A stretch of 64,000 nt of DNA, from positions 19,656,001 to 19,720,000 of the forward strand of contig CM052832.1 in the NCBI GenBank assembly GCA_028534125.1, given 5' to 3'. Each line of letters begins with the position of its first letter. Within the stretch, counting starts at the first letter, position 1. Under the pieces are notes generated by a model. The model ran no database searches. It was not told where the DNA came from and saw only the letters and a program-made list of their open reading frames with translations. The DNA comes from Lama glama (Eukaryota). Shown here one piece after another: positions 53,107 through 64,000 of this stretch. The position numbers and the translations under genes were made by a program.

Positions 53107-53465
53107 CTGCCAGGAATTCACCTTTATTGCAAATGCATCTGACAAGCATCAGGGATTCAACCTTGCAACTATAGTTGCTCCCAGAAGGTAGGGGTAGCTA
53201 TCTTTTTGCCATCTGTGCAAGCAAAATTAAAGTCTACATCTAGCCTATTTCTGCACATTGTTCACTCCTGAGTCAAAGTTTCTTCTGGAGGATTTTGAGT
53301 GGAGAAATTCCGCATCCCAACTCTTCTCCCACAAAAAAAGAGAGGTAGAATATTTGAATTCTTAATTCTTATTTGAGGAGGGAGAACTCATAATGTGGGA
53401 TTTTACTAACATAGAAAGGCTAATCAAAAAAATGTCTGGCAGCCATACATATGACATGTGAACAC
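52860..53465 (-). mobile_element. Possible old MLT1-type LTR
   Basis: 'tcagtgttcttagttgaaaacagaag...ggctaatataag' resembles the antisense end of old MLT1 subfamilies. Confidence 0.4.
53067..53104. repeat. (AC)19 microsatellite
   Basis: Perfect AC repeat. Confidence 0.98.
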
Positions 53466-54644
53466 TGTGCCAACTCCCTTTTAGGACCGGCTTAGTTGCA
53501 TGTCTGCTTAGACTGAAATGAAGGGATCTGTGATCCTCTAAATGTGCCTGTGAGTATTTTCATATTTATCTAGGAATCTATTTTACGATACTCTTTGAGG
53601 TGTTGAATTATTAGCTCAAAGATCCATCATGGATTTTACTTTTTCAGTTGGTTTTCTTTTTAGTTTCATGTTTCAAGTTCAAGTGATAAAATTAAATTAT
53701 TGTTCTTCCTCAATCCTAGGGAATTAGTTTCAAACGGTGATAGTTTGATCCAAGTTTCATTTCCTGGAGTTATCAATTTTTCTCTATTTAATCTCATGAG
53801 AATACAGCTCAACTTCAGGAGCTGCATTTGAGGTTTGGCACTCAAAACAAAGAGTTGATAAATGGAAGCAACCTGGCAAGGAGCATGAAGAGTGGTTAAG
53901 AGATTGACTTATTAGAATGGCTGTCAAACCAAATATATAGTTCCATTCCTAAAATGGTAGAGATTAGGGGCAGGAGATAAGATAGAGCATGCTAAAATGT
54001 TTTAAAATCTAGGAATTTAAGGAGTAATGTAAAACTGTGAGGAAGTAAAACAAAAAATACCAGGTTGAAACTAAGATGTGAATTGGAGAGAAAATCCTAG
54101 AGTCCAGGGAGAAATGTTTTGAGTTGCAGATTTACAAGTTTTTGCTCTACATAAACTGGTAGAGCAAAGAACAAGTAAATACGTATTATTACTTAATGTG
54201 TCCCTATCTCTACTGATAGGCTGGTGAGACCTTTATGTATTGAATGGCATAGTTAAGGATCCCTAATTACCAGGAGAGATGGGATGTGATGTTATATCTT
54301 GTGCATGAACAGAGAGATCCCCCCAAATTCATTTCATTTATGGACTACAGTAGCTATACCACAGACCTGCCAAATGTCCAAATCAATCTGTTTATGATCT
54401 ATTAGGAGAAAATCTTTTTACACTTTTGCTTGAGTAATTACCAATGATGTATTAAGATCATTAGATGAGTGTATTGATTCATTTGTAGTGATAGGTGGTT
54501 ACTATAAAAATTCACATTTATTATAATTTTATTAACTAGCTCATGAAATATCTCTAATTTAGGAATAATACTTTGAGGATTACTTCTGTAAAGCTTGGGC
54601 TTAGGTTTTGTTTCCCCCAAATTCTTACATATTTGTTACACAGA

Positions 54645-54825
54645 TGATAGAATTACAGAGTGAAAGGACCATAGAGATTATCTAGTTAACTCTTACTCCA
54701 TAATTCAACAAATTAAAAAATAAGAAAGCAGAAGTCCTTTGGTGACAGTTACATAACTAGTGTGGGGCAGGACCAGGCCTAGTCCCAATTCATCTGACTT
54801 CCAGTTGCTTTCAATACACTCTGCC
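54645..54825 (-). mobile_element. MIR3/MIRc-like SINE
   Basis: 'atagaattacagagtgaaaggaccatagagattatctagt...ttacataactagt...ctagtcccaattcatctgacttcca'. Confidence 0.65.
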
Positions 54826-56821
54826 GCCAGAATATATGTTTTTAATAACCTAAAAGACCAAGAATTCCAGTTGCACATAGTGTTGATAATATTATTTAAT
54901 TGCAAATATAAGTCTAAATTTACTGATGCATGATAGATTTCTTCATACCATAATACAGAGTAGACCTGTAACAATTATCTTTGCTGTTGTAGATTTTGCC
55001 TGCCTGGCTTCTAAATGTGCTATTCATTGTTTTATAGGCTGCAAAAATAATGTCTTCAAATGGAAAACCCACACACACTGAATTGTTGCATTGGTTATAC
55101 CAAAGCTTCAGAATTGTGTCATATTGCTTGAAATTTTTCCATAAGATCAACAGAGGAGTACATGACTTAGCCCTCCTCATGCTACCTTCCCAGTCATCTC
55201 TTTTGGAACAGGCATACTTAATAGTTAATAGGTACAAAGCTCTTTCTTATTCGCTACATTTGTTCAGTTTTGATGAAATTTTTTTTACTCAAAAAACATT
55301 ATTTGGGGTGTACAGAATAATTGGTGTTCATTGCTACATTTTTCAGAAATCCTGTCTCATCATTTATGCTATATGATTTTAAATTATGAGATGAAATAGC
55401 TAAAAATTTGGATGTGGAATGTTGAAGCAGAGCCAGCACAACCCAGTGTTTGGTTCGAGACTTTTAGGGAGATATCTTTGACATGGGGAGGACTTTGACA
55501 TTCAGCAAGGTTATCCAGGCTCCTATATTTCACAGTGAAGTTTGTAAAATATTCTTCTATCACCTTAGTGATAGTTTTTGCCCGTTTTCTTCAAACTGGA
55601 TCCAGATTTCACAAAATCCAATATAGAAAAGCAAATCTAATTATGAAACACATAAATTAAGGAGTAATTATTTACATGACAAACTCATTCTTAGCATCTC
55701 AGTGTGAAGTCCATCTGTGATGGGGTTCTTCGATGTAAATGTTAGCATTTATGAACTTAGATACAGATTATGAATTATTTGACAGTCTGAGTATTTGATT
55801 ATTTGGGAGATGGTCACAGAATTGGGAAAAACTCAATGTAAGACTTTAGTATAATACTAAACTGATAGAAGAATAATTAGAAAAAAAGATCATCTGAAAT
55901 TTTAACCTGTCAGTGGGAAAATGATGTGGTCACTGGAAATTTTCTAATAGATCATACTATGTTTGATGAGTAAGATTAAACAGAAGTATCTGTAGAAATC
56001 CATAACCCTTGAGAAGTTCCTAGAGCATGAGATATAGGGGAAAAAAGACCAACATACATCCCAGGGAGTCAGATAAATATAGATTAAAAAGAAGAAGAGT
56101 TAGAAACAATATGCTTTGTTTGGTAAGTACCACACTGATAAGTAAATGCATTAAGATCAGGGTGGTGTATTACCTACTCTGTTGTTTGGGAAATGTGCAG
56201 TTCTACCAGTCTTTCAAGAGTTCTCACCGTAGAGCAATCTTCCTTAGACTCAGGTGCCTCTCTAAATCACTTGGGCTGTGACTGTAATTCCATGTTGCTA
56301 GTCAGGAAGAAGTAGCCTCTTCGTTTGCCTGTCTCTTCAATATAATAACAAACAGAAAACTGGCTCTGAACATTGACAGAAAATACTGATTTACTTATAC
56401 TAAATGTGTTCCATGTCTACACAGCAGAGAGAGTGAATAACAATTGCATAGTTCACTTCATCATATTATCAGGAAATCTAGTATTTAACTAATTAGGTAA
56501 ATTCTTGAAGTGGATAATTTCTTAAATTTATTCAATTTGACTGTCTACACTTAAATAGATAATTACTTCTCAGAGTTGAGGCCTCTATATGGCAGTTCAG
56601 GGTTTTGTAATATTGAAAATGTGAATAAGCCATTTTTAAAATTTATTTTGACAATCTTTATATAAAAAGGAGGCAATGTTATGATATATTTTTCACATTT
56701 GAACTTTTAAAAAATCAGTGCATCAAGAGACACTTAACACATTATATGACTTTTAATAGGCACTCAGTGGTAACTGATAACATTATTTAATGTGCTGCTA
56801 ATAGTAGTTATCATTACTATT

Positions 56822-56908
56822 AAAACAGTAGTTCTCAAAAAAAAAAAAAAAACACCACCACCACCAACAAAAGCACCACCACCACCACCAAAAGCAGTAG
56901 TTCTCAAA
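56822..56908 (+). repeat. A16 plus (CAC)n insertion between direct repeats
   Basis: CAGTAGTTCTCAAA at 56826-56839 and 56895-56908 flanks A16 and two (CAC)n blocks. Confidence 0.85.
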
Positions 56909-57889
56909 GATGTCTTCTCCAAGGAACCATTGAATTACATTCTCTTTCTGGACTCCATGATTTGAGATTCTGTCAATAAAAAACACTTTTGTTAAGTAAT
57001 AACTGATTCATTTTTAATACTTAAAAGTCAATGCTATTCACAGCTGTTAACCAGAGATTCTAATGAGCATTGATTAACTAAGTAATCAGAGTGAGTCAAC
57101 ATAATTTTGGTACAATCAGAGAAGGTCAGTGCTGTGTGGAACCTCTACAGCTTCACCTTTTCTAAAAGTACCATTTCCCCTAAGTCTTTTGAATTTTGAA
57201 AATAAGGCTTCAAAACCATTTTGGTACCTTGAAGAATCTCTAGCGGCCCAGAGACCTCTATATTGGGAACTAGTAAATAAGGTGAAATACCTTTGGGGTA
57301 CTATAAGGATTTTTGAGACTGCATAATAGTTCAGGAAACTCATCAGTATGTATTAAAACTACACAGGGAAAACTGTCAGGCTTCTAGAAGCCAATAACAT
57401 ATCAAAGAGACAAACTATCTGCTGCTAGGGTACAGCCTGACGGGAATAAATTTCAGACTGTGGGAAATATGGCCAGACCTAACAGTTAGAAGGGTGCTGA
57501 GCATACACAATGCATGACTGATTACAGGCGCCAATTGGTGCCCCCCTCCCCAGTAGACAAGACAGCAGGTCCCAGGACAGCTGCATATGTGATAAATCTG
57601 ACTTCTTCAGAGAACATAAAATGCCTGCTCTCATTCTTCGACTGAAGAGAGTAAATCTTAAACACCATTTACATTCAAGTGAAAATCCTGAGGATCTCTC
57701 AAAGGTGTTTCACAGGAAGGCAGAGAGCAGTAGACATTGTTCTGTGCTACCAGTATCAGATAAAAGAGGAGAAAATGTCCCTTTGGAGAAAAGAGATGAG
57801 CCCTGCTTAAAGATATGATAAGACTAAATTTCTAATAGTGGAGGGGAAGGATATCTTACTGTGGAAATCCATTGTAGTAATCCATGAAT

Positions 57890-58110
57890 TTGAACTAAGT
57901 TTAATTTAGTTTAAATCCTTCATTCAGCAACTTACATAGATAGTATCTATGTGTACTTGGGCAATTTACTTACCCTTTCTGGGTAGATACATTTTTATCA
58001 GTGTAAATTTAGGATTATAATACACACTTAGAGAGTTACCATGAGTATTAAATTAAGTGATGTAACAGAGGCAGGGTGTCTAGTACAGAATGGATGTTCA
58101 ATGCATGATA
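57890..58110 (+). mobile_element. MIR SINE
   Basis: 'tttaaatcct...tgtgtacttgggcaatttacttacc...gagtattaaattaagtgatgta'. Confidence 0.7.
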
Positions 58111-58939
58111 ATGAAGATTACAAAGATTATTTGCATATAATCGAACCAGTAACAAGTCTCTTTTGCTATGCATTGGGACAGTTATCTAATACTTGACTTT
58201 CTGTTTCTTTTGCTAAGACATATCTCCTTCACTCCTAGATTACCTGTATCTTGTTCTGTAGAAAATTTTGAAAGAAGTTATCTCTTTTGAGGTGATTCCT
58301 TTTTATCAGTCTGAGAGATGGATGATCTAGTTCTAGCATTGAGAGATAGAGAAATTTAGCTGAGCAAGATAAAAAAAATGTGCAATTTCAAACTCTGATC
58401 TTAGTAATATATTATCAATGCATGATTTGATTATATCTTTATTATTCAGTTTTCAGAATTCTAGATACTCTTAATCATCATTCAGGTGCTGGGATTTTTT
58501 TTGGTACTGAATATTATCCTCAGCTTTGTTCCTTTTCCTTAATGCAAATAATTAGAAACTTTCTGTATACTGTATAAAAATGAAAGCTCAATATTTTATA
58601 TATTATTAAAAATCCTTTCAAAATTGCAACAATGCAGCATTTCAAGTATGATGGCTGGTGTAAATTGCAAGTAACAGAAATCCATCAATAAACACTGTAG
58701 CAATACATTATTAGCAAATGGAATAAAAAGAACTTTAGCATAATATAAATAGCTCTGATATTTTTACAAGAGACGGTTATTATTTTCTTCAAGAAAAGAA
58801 AAATCAAGGTTGGCACTGGTAACTATGAGCTGCTTAAATCAGCACAATAAAAAATGGACCTGTGATTCACTGTATTACAAAGAATGTAGATTTCAAATCT
58901 GTATGAACAAAGAAAACTAGAGATTATAGTGTCCTGGAG

Positions 58940-59837
58940 AAAAATGTGTTAAACTCCATGGATCTAAAAGATTGTCTTTAGGGATATGCTGGATAAAAGC
59001 TCAGATGACTGAATGTCTTTGAGAAGATAAACCATAAAGAGAAGTATCTTATGGGGTTTCCCATAAGAATTCTAAAAGATTTATAGCTTAAGAAAATTTT
59101 AAAGTGGAAGTAGTAGGAAAAGAAGAAAAATTAACTATNNNNNNNNNNNNNNNNNNNNNNNNNNNNNNNNNNNNNNNNNNNNNNNNNNNNNNNNNNNNNN
59201 NNNNNNNNNNNNNNNNNNNNNNNNNNNNNNNNNNNNNNNNNNNNNNNNNNNNNNNNNNNNNNNNNNNNNNNNNNNNNNNNNNNNNNNNNNNNNNNNNNNN
59301 NNNNNNNNNNNNNNNNNNNNNNNNNNNNNNNNNNNNNNNNNNNNNNNNNNNNNNNNNNNNNNNNNNNNNNNNNNNNNNNNNNNNNNNNNNNNNNNNNNNN
59401 NNNNNNNNNNNNNNNNNNNNNNNNNNNNNNNNNNNNNNNNNNNNNNNNNNNNNNNNNNNNNNNNNNNNNNNNNNNNNNNNNNNNNNNNNNNNNNNNNNNN
59501 NNNNNNNNNNNNNNNNNNNNNNNNNNNNNNNNNNNNNNNNNNNNNNNNNNNNNNNNNNNNNNNNNNNNNNNNNNNNNNNNNNNNNNNNNNNNNNNNNNNN
59601 NNNNNNNNNNNNNNNNNNNNNNNNNNNNNNNNNNNNNNAAAAATGTGTTAAACTCCATGGATCTAAAAGATTGTCTTTAGGGATATGCTGGATAAAAGCT
59701 CAGATGACTGAATGTCTTTGAGAAGATAAACCATAAAGAGAAGTATCTTATGGGGTTTCCCATAAGAATTCTAAAAGATTTATAGCTTAAGAAAATTTTA
59801 AAGTGGAAGTAGTAGGAAAAGAAGAAAAATTAACTAT
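58940..59837. other. 500-N gap (59139-59638) flanked by an exact 199-bp direct duplication
   Basis: 58940-59138 is identical to 59639-59837. Confidence 0.97.
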
Positions 59838-60814
59838 AGAATAGGTATGTCACTTGATGGTGGTAAGAGGAGCAAAAATAAAAGTGAAAAGTTAGAATAA
59901 TATAAAGATATACATTTTTTTCAGTTTACACATTGGAAAGTATTTTCCCATAGCTTCCAAAATGGAAGTTATTTCCATCAGTGTACAGAGGGGAAGATAT
60001 AAAGAAAATGTACTCATGGTTAAATAAGTTGTTATTTAAAACCTCCTACCAGATTTATTAAAAAGGAATGAAAAGATTGTTAATCAGAATTATAGAAACA
60101 AGCAAAGTAGGAAACATACAAACAATAATTGTTTTAAGATTTAGAAAAGCTAAATAACGAGGCAACATATCTTTGTAATTGTCTGTCAGCAAGTACATGC
60201 AATGCTAGTTTGAAGAAATAATAGGATGATGTAACAATGAGCTATTATTAATTTATCATTTTGTTTGGAAAAAGAAACAACGACTTTGGGAACAAAAGGT
60301 GAAAAAGTACTTATTGTGGCCACAGTGCTGTTATTGCTAAGCAACTTTTCTATTATCTTTTCAATGGAAATGAACAGTTTGTGGGTAAACTGAAAATTTT
60401 TTCAAAAGCCTTTCAGTTTAACTTGAAAACTTGATTGTGATTAACCTAACAATTTAATTAATTGTGTATATCAATAAGAAGATAAGAGTACCATGAAGGA
60501 TAATTTTAGGTAGGATATATGACAAATACTCATAATATTTAAAGAGCTGCCTTTGAGTTTATGCAGATTTTTCCATAGCATAGGACTACGATAAAGTCAA
60601 AGGAGTTATGAGGAAGCAGATATTAACTCAATACAATGATGGACTAATGTTGTTAAGTAATAGAAGAGAAAATTATAGCAAGTCTGCTAATACTGGAAGT
60701 ATTTTTACCAGAATCTGCGTCACTACCTATTGGAGAGATTTCATATGGAATGTCTTTATTGAGTGGAAATGAAGTTGACTGATGAAATTCATTTCAAAAT
60801 AATAGCTGAGACTT

Positions 60815-61035
60815 CTTGGGTACCATGTTCTAGATTCTCTAAGTACATCAATCTCATTTAATCAACTCTTTTGACTTACATAATATTATTGCCTACATTT
60901 TAGAACTGCTTGATATTAGGTAGTTTCTTAGTATTCCTTAATGACTGTTGAATGTCACAAACTTGTCAGGTTGCAGAGCTGAGAATACAATCCAGGTGTT
61001 GACACAACACTGATGCACTTGACCACTGTGCCATG
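60815..61035 (-). mobile_element. MIR SINE
   Basis: 'atctcatttaatc...tattattgcctacattttaga...gtcacaaacttgtcaggttgcagagctgagaatacaatccagg...cttgaccactgtgcc'. Confidence 0.75.
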
Positions 61036-61769
61036 TGATCCTACTTCAAACTAAGATTCTCTGACTCCATTATAAATAGTACATCTCTTTGGGGAGAGGC
61101 ACTGCAGCTGAACACAAAGTCAGTTTTTGAATATACGTAGAGAGTGAAGAACACTATTTATCATGTCTGTTTTGCCAATAACAGATGCCCATATAAATCT
61201 CTGTAAGTAGTACAGAGATTTGTAACATAGTTTTTTGTTGTTCTTGCTGGAAGTAAATAGTGGGAGAGGTAGTCCAGAGGCAGGGGAAAGTTGAAGTTAA
61301 TTATAGCATGCTTGAGTATATCATACCTCTTTTAATCTATGTTAAAAAGACTTTTATCTGCACACATACATTATCTAGAGTAGGAGCTGAGGAGTGTGTT
61401 GTGACAAGTGGTTATCAATCTGGAACTAAAAATTAGCTGTGGGTGAGTAATTCTCAAGCAGATAATCATCATGCAGTTCACTGGAAGTTTATACTATATA
61501 TATACATTACTATATCTGTTTATTTGTAAAGATAATAAAATAAACCTTTATAATAGTGAAACTAAAAATACCACTTATAGCTTTAGATCATAACTTCAAT
61601 AAAAGTAATCACAGAATGTGGATCAGTATACTCAAAAGTGGTTCTAGTATAGAAAAGTGTTAACAATTTTTTTGAGGTTTTATTTGATTGTTATTTCCAG
61701 TGCTACCAATCATACTAAAAATAATTAATTTACTAATTCATTCAATAAATAAATGATGCAGGCTATTGT

Positions 61770-61905
61770 GTTAGACAAAAAAAAGAATTAGGACTTAAGA
61801 CAACTGAGTTTTATTTCAGATTCTGTCACTAGGTAGTTTATGTCCTCCGCAAGGGTATTTATTTCTCAGCCCTCAGTTAAAGCCCTCTAATTCTAAAATT
61901 TAGTG
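61770..61905 (+). mobile_element. MIR fragment
   Basis: 'ctgagttttatttcagattctgtcactaggtag...gcaag...tctcagccctcagtt'. Confidence 0.55.
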
Positions 61906-63194
61906 ATTATATTTTAGTGCCTATTAGGTGCAGGACAAATTAATTGCTTTGGACATTTTCAGTCACACTTAGGGAAAAATATAAGCTTGTGTGTTACTAC
62001 TAAAGTCTTGTGTATAAGTAAAAGGATATTTCTATTTTTTTTTCACCAGGAGATACACAGATGGTAACATCAGTGAAAAATCTTTATTCCTTGTTTAACG
62101 TACATCCATACTAGTTGTGGCTGGGTAGCTGACTACGCTGGAATATTCTGTGACCACTGCAGCAATCCAGAAGTAATTGTATATATGGCAGTATGGGTGT
62201 GTGCTTTTCTTGGCAGTGATGAAACACAGAATCTGCCAATCATTTTAATGGAGATACGGCACCTGGAAATACATGGAGTACATTAGATCAACTTGGGTGC
62301 CTAAGTGTGCCACCACCCATTCAGTGTATCCAAATGGAAAAAGGAAAGCATCTAATGACCATTGAACAGTAATTTAAGAAAGTTGCTGACTTTTAAAATG
62401 CAACTAGCAACTCCATTAAACACTACATTGGCCTCGAAGGGAATGTTAATGTGACACAAACTGCGTATGAAACTTTCTTCTCTGTGAAAGAACTTTCTGA
62501 GTATATCCAAAAGAAAGACTTTTTTTTACCCATCAAATGAAACAGCCTGATTTAGTCAAAAAGAGGAAAGAAACGTTTTTAAAAGCAGTCGAACATTTCT
62601 AGAGCAGTTCTTTAAAGTCCCACTCAGATGGGGATGGCGGAGCAGTGGAAGAGAGAAATCTTAACACAATATGGAGGTGGCCAGGAGCCAGAAAAACACA
62701 TTTTGCCACCCCTTATTCATTATTGCTCCCCTAAACACACCAGATGGGGAGGCTTCATCAATGTCAAACCTGCTGTTATCATCAGAGAATTTCCTTATCA
62801 GTGGGTTTGGAACTGACACCTCAGCCCCTCTGAGTAGCAGACAGGCAGATTTATCCATCACCAGTCTCACCAACCTCACACATTAGAAAGGAGTGCTCCA
62901 ATTAGGATCCAGGTGGGGAAGTCAGTAGGTTCACATAGACGGGGGTTAGGGACTCACTATTCATCTAAGGGTCTTCTGCCTCCCTTGTGAACATTTGATA
63001 CATAGGATGCATAGAAGTATAGTAGTAGATTTATCTTGGGGGGAAAGCATGACAAATAGAGGAGTATAAAAAGGGTATTCAGGATTGTATTCTATTTAGA
63101 GTAGGATTAAATCATTAAATATATGTGCATTTTTAGGTCAGTTAGTTTTCTGTAACGAAAATAAAGAATTAACATTGCACCTTTGTACATGAAT

Positions 63195-64000
63195 GGGTTC
63201 ATTCAGGTGTGTTCATGTGTTGTTAAATGTACATGCATGCGCCTGGATTGCTTTAGTTGCTGAAGACACAATAGTGAAAAGACAGAAGAGGTCCCTGTCC
63301 TCATGGTGTGAGAGTGTCCAAGTAAAAGATATTTGGAACTAACAACAGGGAAACCTAAGACGGTCAAGAGACCTCCTAAGGAACTGAATTACACTTGAAA
63401 CCATACTTCATTTAGCTGTGCTGGGGGAAGGTTATTCCTGACAGAAAAATACAACACATTCAATGGCCTCAAAGTGACAAAGAATACTTAAACTTGTGAA
63501 ATGGAAAAGAGACCCTTATATCTGAAATTTAGAATGTAAAGGACAGTAATGCTCTTTGAGGCAACATGTGTAGGCAAGGGCCAGTTCATATAAGGTTTTG
63601 AGATCTTATTCCAAGTGTAATGTTATGTGACTGAAGGGTTTTAAATGGGAGAGACGTGATTTGCGTCTTCAAAAAGATGTGCCATGGAGCAGATCGTTAG
63701 GGTTGCTGCAGCCTTGGACCTGGCAGAGGTCAGATACAGATATGGGCCTCAGGTCGAGGGGCTGCTTCTGGGGCTTTTGGCCTCCTGCTCCCTGGAAGGC
63801 TGCAGATTTGCTGCTTGCACATGCGTAGTTTACCTGGCCTCGGAAGGACCCAACTGCCCCTGCACAGCATTTGGGCCAGAGCTGGTTCCTCATAATTTGG
63901 CCAAGTCCCTTGGGTGAAGTGCCACAGCACTGTGACTCTGAGTGGTATGGATTGAGGCATGGAAAAGGACTGGGATTTGTGTAATAGATGGTGTGAGTCA
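63195..64000 (-). mobile_element. L2 fragment (interrupted at ~63680-63925)
   Basis: 'gctgaagacacaatagtgaaaagacagaagaggtccctgtcctcatgg' and 'ttattccaagtgtaatg...ctgaagggttttaaatgggagagacgtgatttgcgtcttcaaaaagat'. Confidence 0.8.

Noticed and set aside
1..64000. CRISPR arrays, operons or prokaryotic defence systems
   Set aside because: The sequence is mammalian; I saw no regularly spaced repeat-spacer array or gene-dense region.

Overview
This is AT-rich, CpG-poor mammalian genomic DNA, very probably camelid, since it carries a vic-1-type tRNA-derived SINE and artiodactyl/camelid-type L1 3' UTRs. It is an intergenic or large-intron region, and I can support no protein-coding gene. The listed ORFs are chance frames, N-gap read-throughs or L1/ERV-L remnants. 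Most recognisable sequence is interspersed repeat: L1 of several ages, L2, MIR, MaLR/ERV-L LTRs, an ERV-L integrase-dUTPase fossil, hAT MITE remnants and probable CR1/L3. There are three 500-N scaffold gaps, one flanked by an exact 199-bp overlap, which is likely an assembly artefact. The most notable items are a twin-primed (5'-inverted) L1 nested in an LTR, a poly(A)-only insertion turning into a CAC microsatellite, a candidate minus-strand promoter/first exon at the left edge, and an unexplained GC-rich insert splitting an L2. I found no convincing previously undescribed biological system. Repeat subfamily names come from recalled consensus sequences, and the boundaries of old repeats are approximate.
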